Shown piece after piece: positions 1-10,268 of a stretch of 32,000 bases of DNA (position 1 is the first letter of the stretch; each line of letters starts with the position of its first letter). Source of the stretch: Tahibacter amnicola (GTDB taxonomy: Bacteria > Pseudomonadota > Gammaproteobacteria > Xanthomonadales > Rhodanobacteraceae); assembly GCF_025398735.1 (NCBI RefSeq), contig NZ_CP104694.1, positions 4,707,465-4,739,464 of the forward strand. The letters are read 5' to 3'. The notes under the pieces are model-generated. The model did no database searches. It was not told the origin of the DNA and was given only the letters and a program-made list of their open reading frames with translations. A program made the translations under genes and the position numbers.

Positions 1-1
1 G

Positions 2-2688
<2,687 letters not shown>

Positions 2689-2692
<4 letters not shown>

Positions 2693-4134
2693 CGTCGACG
2701 CCGAGCTTCTTCTGGCACGACTACGAAACCACCGGCGCCGACCCGCGCCGCGATCGTCCGTCGCAATTTGCCGGCATCCGCACCACGCTGGAGCTGGAGC
2801 CCATCGGCGAGCCGGTCGAATTCTTCTGCCAGCCCGCGCCGGACGTGTTGCCGCACCCGCAGGCGGTGCTGATCACCGGTATCACGCCCCAGCAGATGCA
2901 GCGCGACGGACTACCCGAGGTACAGTTCGCCGCGCGGGTGCACGAGGAACTGGGCGCTGCCGGCACCTGCGGCGTCGGTTACAACTCCCTGCGCTTCGAC
3001 GATGAGGTCACGCGTCACCTGCTCTACCGCAATTTCTACGATCCGTATGCGCGCGAGTGGGAAAACGGCAATTCGCGCTGGGACCTGATCGACCTGGCAC
3101 GCATGTGCTACGCCTTGCGACCCGAAGGCATCCATTGGCCGCAGCGGGACGATGGTTCACCCAGCTTCCGCCTGGAAGACCTGGCCAGCGCCAACCGGCT
3201 CGACCAACAGCGGGCGCATGACGCCCTGTCGGACGTCCGCGCCCTGATCGGCCTGGCGCGATTGATCCGCGTACGCCAGCCACGCCTGTTCGACTACTAC
3301 TTCCAGCTACGGCGCAAGCAGCGCGCCTTCGAATTGCTCGACGTGGCACGGATGGCGCCTGTCATCCATGTCTCGTCGCGCTACCCGGGCACCCGCGGAT
3401 GCCTGGCCGTGGTAGCGCCCATCGCGGTGCATCCGACCCAGCCCAATGGCGTAATCGTGTACGACCTGTCGGCCGACCCCGCGCCGATGCTGACACTCGA
3501 TGCCGGGGACATCGCCGATCGGGTGTTCACACCACGGCAGGATCTGCCCGAGGACGTCGAACGCATTCCGCTCAAGCTCGTCCACGCCAATCGCTCACCG
3601 GCGCTGGCGCCGCTCACCGTGCTCAACGGCGTGGACACGGCGCGCATCGGACTGGACCTGGACCGGTGCCTGGCACATCTGGAGCAGTTGCGGCCGCATC
3701 CTGGTCTTGCGGAGAAACTGCGGCAGGTGTTCGGTGCATCGTCACGCGAGGAAACGCTGCCCGATTGCGAACTCGCGCTGTACTCAGGATTCCTCAGCGA
3801 CGGCGACCGTCGCCTGTTGCGTGAAGTCCGCCAGACACCGCCTGAACAACTCGGCACGCGCCCATTCCCGTTCCGCGACCGCCGCTGTGCCGACCTGCTG
3901 TTCCGTTATCGTGCCCGCAACTGGCCCGAGACCCTTGGTCCCGCCGAACGCGAGCAGTGGTTGGCATTTCAACGCCAACGCCTGCTGGCTCCCACCGACA
4001 CCGCCTGCCTGGGCCTGGACGCCTTCTTCGCCACCATTCGTCAACTCCGCGGCGAACCCGCCGCCGGCGGCAAGCAACCCCTGCTCGACGCACTGGAGGC
4101 CTGGGGTCACGAACGCCGGGCTGCACTCGCCTGA
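2689..4134 (+). CDS. sbcB: Exodeoxyribonuclease I (ExoI)
   Basis: 481-aa ORF colinear with E. coli exonuclease I as I recall it. It has the N-terminal FFWHDYETTGADPRRDRPSQFAGIRT (DEDDh exonuclease motif I) and AHDALSDV (His/Asp motif III). ATG 2689 overlaps the kinase stop (ATGA). Confidence 0.93.
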
Positions 4135-4153
4135 ACGAGGGCCTGTCAACACC

Positions 4154-4840
4154 ATGAGCGCCATCTATTTCACCCCCAGGACCTTCAAGTTCCTCGCAGA
4201 CCTGGCGAGGAACAACAGCCGCGAATGGTTCGCCGACAACAAACCGCGCTTCGAGGAACATGTGCGGGGCCCATTCCTGCAGCTCCTGGCCGACCTGCAG
4301 GCGCCGCTGGCGAAGATCAGTCCGCACTATCGGGCCGATACACGCACCCAGGGCGGCTCACTGTTCCGTATCCATCGCGATACCCGCTTCTCCAATGACA
4401 AGCGCCCCTACAAGACCTGGGCCGGCGCACGGATCTTCCACGAACGGTGTCGCCAGATCGAAGCGCCGAGCTTCTACATCCACATCCAGCCGGATGGCTG
4501 CTTTGTCGGTGGCGGCCAGTGGCATCCGCAACCGGACACGACCAGGAAAATCCGCGACTTCCTGTCCGACAACCCCGCGGCCTGGAAGAAGGCGACGCGC
4601 AGCAAGGCGTTCCTGGAGAAACTGGCGCTGGGCGGCGACAGCCTGGTGCGTGTACCGCGCGGCTACGATCCGAATCACGAGCTGATCGAAGACATCAAGC
4701 GCAAGGATTTCGTCGCCTCGCGTGCGTTCGACAATACGCTGGCCCAGTCCGCCGAACTCCGGCCGTTTCTGGTGGACTCGTTCAAGACCATCGCGCCGAT
4801 GATCGACTACCTGTGCGCCGCCGCGGAGCTGGAATTCTGA
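4154..4840 (+). CDS. DUF2461 (TIGR02453) family protein
   Basis: 228 aa from ATG 4154, with an SD-like GAGGG about 10 nt upstream, 19 nt after the sbcB stop. FTPRTFKFLADLARNNSREWFADNKPRFEEHV and RIHRDTRFSNDKRPYK match my memory of this family. The ORF-track extension back to 3500 overlaps sbcB out of frame and is rejected. Confidence 0.85.
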   Translation: MSAIYFTPRTFKFLADLARNNSREWFADNKPRFEEHVRGPFLQLLADLQAPLAKISPHYRADTRTQGGSLFRIHRDTRFSNDKRPYKTWAGARIFHERCRQIEAPSFYIHIQPDGCFVGGGQWHPQPDTTRKIRDFLSDNPAAWKKATRSKAFLEKLALGGDSLVRVPRGYDPNHELIEDIKRKDFVASRAFDNTLAQSAELRPFLVDSFKTIAPMIDYLCAAAELEF

Positions 4841-4850
4841 ACACTGCAGC

Positions 4851-4876
4851 GCATGGCGACGCTGCCGCCGCCATGC
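4851..4876. terminator. Hairpin between convergent DUF2461 and GFA genes (possible bidirectional terminator)
   Basis: GCATGGCG (4851-4858) pairs perfectly with CGCCATGC (4869-4876), with a 10-nt loop. There is no U-tract. Confidence 0.4.
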
Positions 4877-4896
4877 ACTGATCAAGCATCAGGGCC

Positions 4897-5304
4897 CTAC
4901 AGGTGGCGTGTTTCGGCCGGGACGTTGAACCAGTCGTTGTCACGACCATTGAAGTAACGCAGCGGCGCGTTGATCAGTTCCTCCGGGGTTACATCATCCA
5001 GGCAGGCGAGATTCACCGAGTAATAGGCGCCACCGATCTCTTCGACATAGCCATGACCGAAGGAATGGATGCCGCAGTGCTTGCAGAAGGTGTGGTGACC
5101 GCTGCGCGTGTTGAACTGGTAGTCGCTCAGCGCCTCTTCGCCGCTGAGCAGGCGGAACTGCTCCGGTTTCAGATTGACGCTCCAGCGGCGCATCTTGCCG
5201 CAGAGAGAACAATTGCAGCGTCCTGTCCCTGACGAGAGGTCGATATCGGCCTCGTAGCGGACTGCACCGCAATGACAGCTTCCCTTGTAGGTCTTCAAGC
5301 TCAT
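4897..5304 (-). CDS. GFA (glutathione-dependent formaldehyde-activating / CENP-V) family zinc protein
   Basis: 135 aa. ATG at 5304 is preceded by an AGGAGA SD. Cys motifs [19 protein letters not shown] and FCKHCG are typical of the GFA fold. The 270-aa ORF-track version (to 5709) adds an Arg/Pro-rich extension that I reject. Confidence 0.88.
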   Translation of the reverse strand: MSLKTYKGSCHCGAVRYEADIDLSSGTGRCNCSLCGKMRRWSVNLKPEQFRLLSGEEALSDYQFNTRSGHHTFCKHCGIHSFGHGYVEEIGGAYYSVNLACLDDVTPEELINAPLRYFNGRDNDWFNVPAETRHL

Positions 5305-5367
5305 GAGGGTTCTCCTTTCTCCACCCGATTGCGCCGCCGCGCGATGGACAGATCGTAGCCGGATATT

Positions 5368-5386
5368 GCGGACAGGATGTGTCCGC
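5368..5386. promoter_or_regulatory. Inverted repeat GCGGACA-N5-TGTCCGC in the divergent GFA / WYL-regulator intergenic region (candidate operator)
   Basis: Perfect 7-bp arms at 5368-5374 and 5380-5386. It lies 23 nt upstream of the preferred regulator start (5409) and 64 nt upstream of the divergent GFA start (5304). Confidence 0.4.
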
Positions 5387-5408
5387 GATTGTGCATTACC
5401 ATCGGACC

Positions 5409-6413
5409 GTGCTGAAGACGTCCGCCCGCCTGCTACGCCTTTTGACCCTGCTCCAGGGACGCCGCCACTGGACCAGCGCCGACCTGTGCCATCGCCTCGA
5501 CGTGGACGCACGCACCGTGCGTCGCGACATCGAGCGACTGCGCGGATTGGGCTATCCGGTGCAGGCCTCCGCGGGCGTCGGGGGTGGCTACCGGCTCGGA
5601 TCCGGATCGACGTTGCCGCCGATCCTGCTGGAGGATGAGGAAGCGGTTGCCGTCGCCGTCGCGCTGCGGGCGGCGACACACAGCGTGGCCAACCTGGAGG
5701 AAACGGCACTCGGCCTGCTGGCCAAGCTCGACCAGATCCTGCCCGCGCGGTTGCGCAAGCGCGCGGGTGATCTGCACACCGTCACCTTGTCGCTCGGCGG
5801 CGCATCGAGCGCTCCCCCGGTGGAACGGCTGACCCGGATTGCGGCGGCCTGCCGCGATCACGCCGTTCTCCTGCTGAACTATCGCGATCACGGCGGCAAG
5901 CCCAGCAAGCGTCGCGTCCAGCCGCTGCGGCTGGCGAGCGCAGGGCACCGCTGGTACCTCATCGCGTGGGACGAAGACCGCACCGACTGGCGCACGTTTC
6001 GGGTCGACCGCATCAGTGCAGTGCGCGACACCGGCCGGAGATTTCTGCCGCAGGCCTTTCCCGGTGACATCGGCGACTACCTGCGCCGCGCGATCACGCA
6101 GGCGCCCTTTGCCTACCAGTTGCGCCTGCGCCTGAAAGGCCCGGCACAGGAGTGGGCCTCCAGCCTGCCGGTGTGGTGCGGGGTGCTCGAAGCGGTGGAT
6201 GTGCGCCACTGCATTCTTCACACGGGAGCCGACTCCGTCGATGCGCTTGCCGCCCGCCTCCTCATGACAGGCGCAACGGTCGAGATTCTCGATGAGCCGG
6301 CATTCCTCCCGGCGCTACGGGCTGCCGCCGAACGCCTCTATCAAGCTACCCACGGCGTAGCGCCCGTGCCGGCAGGGAGCGCGCCCCGCCGTCTGCGCAA
6401 ACCCACGCGCTGA
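5409..6413 (+). CDS. HTH + WYL domain transcriptional regulator (YafY/PafBC-like)
   Basis: N-terminal HTH ([46 protein letters not shown]), a WYL-type block ([23 protein letters not shown]) and a C-terminal extension. I prefer GTG 5409 ([12 protein letters not shown]..) as start. The ORF-track GTG 5379 lies inside the operator-like palindrome and remains possible. Confidence 0.85.
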   Translation: MLKTSARLLRLLTLLQGRRHWTSADLCHRLDVDARTVRRDIERLRGLGYPVQASAGVGGGYRLGSGSTLPPILLEDEEAVAVAVALRAATHSVANLEETALGLLAKLDQILPARLRKRAGDLHTVTLSLGGASSAPPVERLTRIAAACRDHAVLLLNYRDHGGKPSKRRVQPLRLASAGHRWYLIAWDEDRTDWRTFRVDRISAVRDTGRRFLPQAFPGDIGDYLRRAITQAPFAYQLRLRLKGPAQEWASSLPVWCGVLEAVDVRHCILHTGADSVDALAARLLMTGATVEILDEPAFLPALRAAAERLYQATHGVAPVPAGSAPRRLRKPTR

Positions 6414-6489
6414 CTGGCACGGGCAGGCCCCCTTCTACGAACACCCCTTCATCGCGGTCCGCGGGGATACCGCCGCCGAGGCCGCCAGG

Positions 6490-6543
6490 TTGATACTTAC
6501 ATTTGAAACGAACGTTTGACTGCCTTCGGACACATTGATACTT
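6490..6543 (+). repeat. Direct repeat TTGATACTT x2 in an AT-rich patch upstream of the lipase-like gene
   Basis: Identical 9-mers at 6490-6498 and 6535-6543. The second copy overlaps the candidate -10 element. Confidence 0.5.
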
Positions 6544-6544
6544 T
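6516..6544 (+). promoter_or_regulatory. Candidate sigma70 promoter for the lipase-like / unknown secreted gene pair
   Basis: TTGACT (6516-6521), a 17-nt spacer, then TACTTT (6539-6544). It sits in the only AT-rich stretch of a 290-bp intergenic region. Confidence 0.35.
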
Positions 6545-6703
6545 TCGGCGGCCAACGGACATACGGGAGGGTATGTGACGTCGGCAGAGCCTAATTCGCT
6601 CCGGCAGCGCCGGTGGCGGCAAGGACGCTTTCCCTGACCCGGCATTGCCGCGGGCTTCATCGCGGCTCGTCCTGTACCAGCCCGAGCCGCATCGGGAGGG
6701 GAA

Positions 6704-7555
6704 ATGGTTCGTCTTGCTTTGGCGCTCGCGCTCGCCCTGGGTGCCGCCGCCGTCAACGCCAACACCGGCGTGGCCTTCGTCCACGGGACCGGCAATCATC
6801 CCAATGCCACCAGCGACTACTGGAAGCCCGAGATCATCAATTCGGTGCGCCAGGGGCTGCCCAATGGTTCAAAGTACACGGTGATCAACTGCGACTTTTC
6901 CCAATACATGTGGGACAGCCGCGCCTCCGGTTGCCTGGCCGGACAGCTGAGCAGCTTCATCAGCGCGCAAGGCATCACGGATCTGGTCGTCATCACCCAC
7001 TCCAACGGCGGCAATGTGATGCGCTGGATCCTGTCCAATCCAACCTACGACAGCCGCTATCCGGGCATCATTGCGAAGATCCGCTGGGTCAACGCCCTGG
7101 CGCCTTCCAGCGCCGGCACGCCGCTGGCCGATGCGGTGATGAACGGCAACGTGTTCGAGCAGTCCGTCGGTTGGCTGGTGGGTTACAAATCCGACGCCGT
7201 CCGCCAGCAGCAGACCAGCTGGATGGCGACCTATAACCAGAACAACCTGCTGGGCACTTCCGGGCGCCCCGCCCTGCCCCGCGGCTTCTGGGCGGTGGTC
7301 GGTACCGATGTGGATTCCTCACCCTTCGATCCCGACAGCTATTGCGGCGGCTACACGGAGAACGTTGGCCTGGAAACGACGCAGAACTGGCTGGCCAGCT
7401 GCTCGGACGGTTTTCTCAATTGCACCAGCCAGTCGGCAGCCGGGAACGTGTGGTTCCGCGACATCGACCGCATGGCCGGCCGCGAACCGCTTTCGCACAA
7501 CCAGAGCCGGCGCCCCTGCTTCGGCCTGGACGTCATTCTCCGCGACGACATCTGA
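6704..7555 (+). CDS. Secreted alpha/beta-hydrolase, lipase/esterase-like
   Basis: 283 aa with signal peptide MVRLALALALALGAAAVNA. It has an oxyanion-hole-like VAFVHGTG, a nucleophile elbow ITHSNGG (x-H-S-x-G-G as in small secreted lipases), a candidate Asp (CSDGF) and a candidate His (LSHNQ). SD GGGAGGGG precedes ATG 6704. Family assignment is from motifs only. Confidence 0.7.
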   Translation: MVRLALALALALGAAAVNANTGVAFVHGTGNHPNATSDYWKPEIINSVRQGLPNGSKYTVINCDFSQYMWDSRASGCLAGQLSSFISAQGITDLVVITHSNGGNVMRWILSNPTYDSRYPGIIAKIRWVNALAPSSAGTPLADAVMNGNVFEQSVGWLVGYKSDAVRQQQTSWMATYNQNNLLGTSGRPALPRGFWAVVGTDVDSSPFDPDSYCGGYTENVGLETTQNWLASCSDGFLNCTSQSAAGNVWFRDIDRMAGREPLSHNQSRRPCFGLDVILRDDI

Positions 7556-7565
7556 GGAACCGCCC

Positions 7566-8771
7566 ATGCGATCGACACTGACTTCCCTGGCGGCAGCCCT
7601 CGCACTCATCCTGGCCGGCTCCGCCGCGGCCGACACGCTTCAGCTGGCGCCCCCGGGCGCCGGCGACCAGATCGTCAAGGCACTCAGCGCGCGCAAGGAC
7701 CGGGCACCTGGACCTGCGCTGGAACGCGCGCCCGTCGCGATGTCCTGGGCCCTGGACGGCAAGGAGCCCCTGGCCGCTGTACCCGCTCCCTTCACCGCAG
7801 AAAGCCGCGAATACTGGCGCGACGCCGACGAGGCAGCATTGCGGCGCGGTGTCGTGCTGACGACCACATCGCCGCAGGCACTGGTTCGCATCAGCCCGCA
7901 TGCGGGCAACACCGCGAAACTGCGCCCGGATGAACTCGTGATCCGCGCTGGCGGCCGCCAGTTTGCGGCGGACGAAGCCATCGAACGGCTCGCAGATGCG
8001 GAGGCATTGCGCCAGGCGGGCATGGACGTGGCGGAGGGCACGGTGATCCTCAAGCTGGCTGCCATCCTTGGCAAGGGCGAGGTGGAGCTGGCCATCCCTG
8101 CCGCACAAGGCAAGTACCTCATCCATGTCTTCGAACCGCAGAGCACGCAGGTGATGCAGCTGCGCGCCGGCCGCGACACGGTTATCGCCGGCACGCCGCT
8201 GGAGATCTCGGTGCAGTTGCCCGGCGTGACGACGCGCCGCGTGACGGGCCTGGTGGCGGCGCCGGATGGTCATTCGCAGCCACTGAGCTTCCAGCGCGCC
8301 GGCGATGGCAGCTACAAGGCTCGCGTACAACCCGATGCGGCGCATGCCGGCGGCCAGGGGTTGTGGGAAGTGCACGCGTTCGCCGACGGCAGCGCAGGCT
8401 CGCTTCGCGTGCAGCGTGACGCACGCACCGCTTTCGCCGTCGCCGCGCCAACGGCGCGGCTGGACGGTACGGTACAGCCGGCGACGGCGCGCGATGGCGG
8501 ACTGTCCTTGCGAATCGGCGTGGAAGTGGCGCAGGGCAGTCGTTACCAGCTGTCGGGTGTGCTCTATGGCACTGCAAAGGATGGTTCACGCCAGCCGGTT
8601 GCCTACGCGCAGTCCGCCGCATGGCTGGAGGCCGGCAAGCGGGGCGTCGACCTGTCATTCGATGCCGCCACGCTCGGACTGTCACCGCCCTACGAGTTGC
8701 GCGACCTGCGCCTGTCTGACCAGGCCAACCTGGCTGTCATCGAACGGCGCGAGTTCGGTGTCGGGCTGTAA
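7566..8771 (+). CDS. Secreted protein of unknown function (possibly DUF4785-like; naming tentative)
   Basis: 401 aa from ATG 7566. SD GAGGA overlaps the upstream TGA, with a 10-nt gap between the genes. Signal peptide MRSTLTSLAAALALILAGSAAA. The remainder looks beta-rich with no motif I can name with certainty. The ORF-track extension to 7308 overlaps the previous gene and is rejected. Confidence 0.75.
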   Translation: MRSTLTSLAAALALILAGSAAADTLQLAPPGAGDQIVKALSARKDRAPGPALERAPVAMSWALDGKEPLAAVPAPFTAESREYWRDADEAALRRGVVLTTTSPQALVRISPHAGNTAKLRPDELVIRAGGRQFAADEAIERLADAEALRQAGMDVAEGTVILKLAAILGKGEVELAIPAAQGKYLIHVFEPQSTQVMQLRAGRDTVIAGTPLEISVQLPGVTTRRVTGLVAAPDGHSQPLSFQRAGDGSYKARVQPDAAHAGGQGLWEVHAFADGSAGSLRVQRDARTAFAVAAPTARLDGTVQPATARDGGLSLRIGVEVAQGSRYQLSGVLYGTAKDGSRQPVAYAQSAAWLEAGKRGVDLSFDAATLGLSPPYELRDLRLSDQANLAVIERREFGVGL

Positions 8772-8780
8772 TGCAAGCGG

Positions 8781-8805
8781 ACGCCCGGCCCGCGCGGCCG
8801 GGCGT
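8781..8805 (+). terminator. GC-rich hairpin after the 7566-8771 gene
   Basis: ACGCCCGGCC (8781-8790) pairs perfectly with GGCCGGGCGT (8796-8805), with a 5-nt loop, starting 10 nt after the stop codon. There is no real U-tract. Confidence 0.5.
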
Positions 8806-8923
8806 TCCCGCGGCGCGCACCAGGGTCTGAGTTTCCGCCAGCCGCAATTGGCGGTATAAAACAGTCTCGTTCACCGCTGTCGGGTCTGCTCGTCCGGTGC
8901 CCTCTCCGCGCGGCCGTAGCACC

Positions 8924-10087
8924 ATGGATTCCGTTCCCAGCGCTCGACTGTCCAGCTTTTATTGCGCCTACTACGCCGCCCTCGGCGCGTTCACGCCGTA
9001 CTGGAGTCTGTTCCTGCAGAAGCGCGGCCTCGATCCGGCTGCCATCAGCGTGCTGATGAGCCTGTGGTATGGCACGCGTGTCTTCGCCCCCAGCAGCTGG
9101 GGATGGCTGGTCGCGCGATCCGACCGACCAGTGTACTGGCTGCGTGCCGGTTGCGTTGCCACGGTCGCGACATTCGCGCTGTTCCTGTGGCCGATGCAGT
9201 TCGGGGGCCTGTTCTGGGCCATGTGCCTGTTCTGTTTCGCCTACAACGCCGTCATGCCGCAATTTGAGGCATTGACGCTGTCGCATCTGAAGGAAAAAAG
9301 CGAGCGTTACGGCACGATCCGCGTGTGGGGTTCGATCGGTTTCATCGCCACCGTGAGCCTGTTCGGCGTACTGCTCGATCACATTGACGTAGGCCACCTG
9401 CCACTGTTGATGCTGCCGCTGTTCGTCGCCCTGGCCGGTACCAGTTTTCTCAATACCTATGGCAGCAGTCACAGCGATACTGCCGACAACGACAACGGAT
9501 TTCTCGATGCGCTGCGCCGGCGCGAAGTGATCGTCTTTCTCATCGTGGCGCTGCTGCTGCAGATCTCATTTGGACCGCTCTACACCTTCTTCTCGGTATA
9601 CCTGGACGAACACGGCTACAACGCCTCCGATATCGGCCTGTTCTGGGCGATCGGCGTGGCGGTCGAGATCTCGGTGTTTTTCTTCGGCGCGCGTCTGCTG
9701 GCGCGCTGGAACGCACGGCGCCTGGTACTGGCCAGCGCACTGATCGGCGTGGTGCGCTGGAGCCTGACGGCGCTCTTTCCGGATTCAACCACGATCATCC
9801 TGCTGGCGCAGACCACGCATGCCATCACCTTCGCCGGCTTTTTCGCCGCATCCATGCAGCTGTTGGCGGAGTACTTTCCCGGCCGCATGAATGGTCATGG
9901 CCAGGGGATTTTCTACGGCTTCTCCTCCGGCGTCGGCGGTGTTGCGGGAGCGTTGATATCGGGCCTGGTCTGGAAGGCCTGGGGTGGTCAGGCCACGTTC
10001 CTGGTCGGTGCCGGATTTGCAGCGCTGGCCGCCGGCGTGTGGATGCTGCGCGACAGCCGTCCCCGCACCACCAGCCACCGTCACTAG
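8924..10087 (+). CDS. MFS transporter (HcaT / phenylpropionate-permease-like subfamily)
   Basis: About 387 aa with roughly 12 hydrophobic segments. LSSFYCAYYAALGAFTPYWSLFLQKRGLDPAAISVLMSL resembles the HcaT/MFS_1_like N-terminus. ATG 8924 is preferred, and GTG 8897 is possible. Confidence 0.88.
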   Translation: MDSVPSARLSSFYCAYYAALGAFTPYWSLFLQKRGLDPAAISVLMSLWYGTRVFAPSSWGWLVARSDRPVYWLRAGCVATVATFALFLWPMQFGGLFWAMCLFCFAYNAVMPQFEALTLSHLKEKSERYGTIRVWGSIGFIATVSLFGVLLDHIDVGHLPLLMLPLFVALAGTSFLNTYGSSHSDTADNDNGFLDALRRREVIVFLIVALLLQISFGPLYTFFSVYLDEHGYNASDIGLFWAIGVAVEISVFFFGARLLARWNARRLVLASALIGVVRWSLTALFPDSTTIILLAQTTHAITFAGFFAASMQLLAEYFPGRMNGHGQGIFYGFSSGVGGVAGALISGLVWKAWGGQATFLVGAGFAALAAGVWMLRDSRPRTTSHRH

Positions 10088-10268
10088 CGCGCTGCGGCCG
10101 ACTGCTCAGCGCTGACCGTATCCGATCCCACTACGGCCCATTCGCCGTTGGCGAAATCGAAGATCACCCGGTGGCGGCGCAGTGGCGCCAGAGACGACGC
10201 AATTCATGCGGACACCAGCCCGGCCCGCGTCATCCGGCATAATCGCCGGCAAAGGGGGTTGGCCTGTC

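Noticed and set aside
3500-4153. N-terminal extension of the DUF2461 ORF (the ORF track starts at 3500)
   Set aside because: The extension overlaps sbcB in another frame and is Arg/Ser/Cys-rich. Family homology begins at Met 4154, which has its own SD.
5305-5709. 135-aa N-terminal extension of the GFA ORF (ORF track 4897-5709)
   Set aside because: The extension is Pro/Arg-rich, overlaps the divergent WYL regulator gene, and precedes an internal ATG with an excellent AGGAGA SD at the point where the GFA fold begins.
6716-6740. Short tandem GCGCTC-type repeat
   Set aside because: It encodes the LALALALAL hydrophobic core of the lipase-like protein's signal peptide. It is not a regulatory or CRISPR-like repeat.
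5409-8771. WYL-domain regulator as a flag for an adjacent phage-defence system (as with BrxR/CapW-type regulators)
   Set aside because: The downstream genes are Sec-exported (a lipase-like hydrolase and an unknown secreted protein) behind their own promoter region. There is no nuclease, ATPase, methylase or other defence-type domain. The regulator is paired divergently with a GFA detoxification-type gene, which fits the ordinary YafY-like pattern.
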